The notes beneath the pieces are model-generated. The model ran no database searches. It had not been told where the DNA came from and was given only the letters and a program-made list of their open reading frames with translations. From Bugula neritina (lineage: Eukaryota > Animalia > Bryozoa), in contig OZ037769.1 of NCBI GenBank assembly GCA_964035545.1, forward strand, positions 6,057,929 to 6,121,928: a stretch of DNA of 64,000 nucleotides. Direction: 5' to 3'. Of this stretch, positions 63,880-64,000 are shown in pieces (the stretch's first letter is position 1; each line of letters begins with the position of its first letter). A program made the position numbers and the translations under genes.

Positions 63880-64000
63880 GTATGCATGGAGTTTTATGTT
63901 TTCTTTATAGTTCGTCACTAAACGTTATCATATCTAATTAAAATTTTTAATGTGTAGCAGGTCTTATTAGTTATTTGTTCCGATTTGCTATCTCATATTT

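Overview
AT-rich, intron-rich animal genomic DNA; an invertebrate is inferred, and the species cannot be fixed from the sequence. I assembled gene models by hand from splice sites and reading-frame phase. Left to right: USP48 (minus, 18 exons visible, 3' end runs off the window, with a ~320-aa insertion in exon 1); two tandem, highly diverged minus-strand paralogues encoding type I membrane proteins (signal peptide, 2 CUB-like domains, optional sushi-like domain, TM helix, Tyr-motif tail ending VEM(M/L)ENDLY); a small spliced orphan ORF; an hnRNP M/MYEF2-type 3-RRM gene whose last intron is U12-type; a divergently transcribed PP1 inhibitor-2 (PPP1R2); an 18-exon GBA2; and the start of an EF-hand gene (EFCAB6-like). 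Non-coding content: two tRNA-derived SINE families, several MITE/foldback elements and many minisatellites. Best candidates for undescribed biology: (1) the CUB receptor pair with Tyr-rich tails; (2) intronic tandem repeats that repeatedly copy or abut splice sites in the housekeeping genes, including two related 37-bp satellites in GBA2; (3) hexamer-periodic 'stuttered' DNA near housekeeping promoters. Family assignments come from recalled motifs; no database searches were run.
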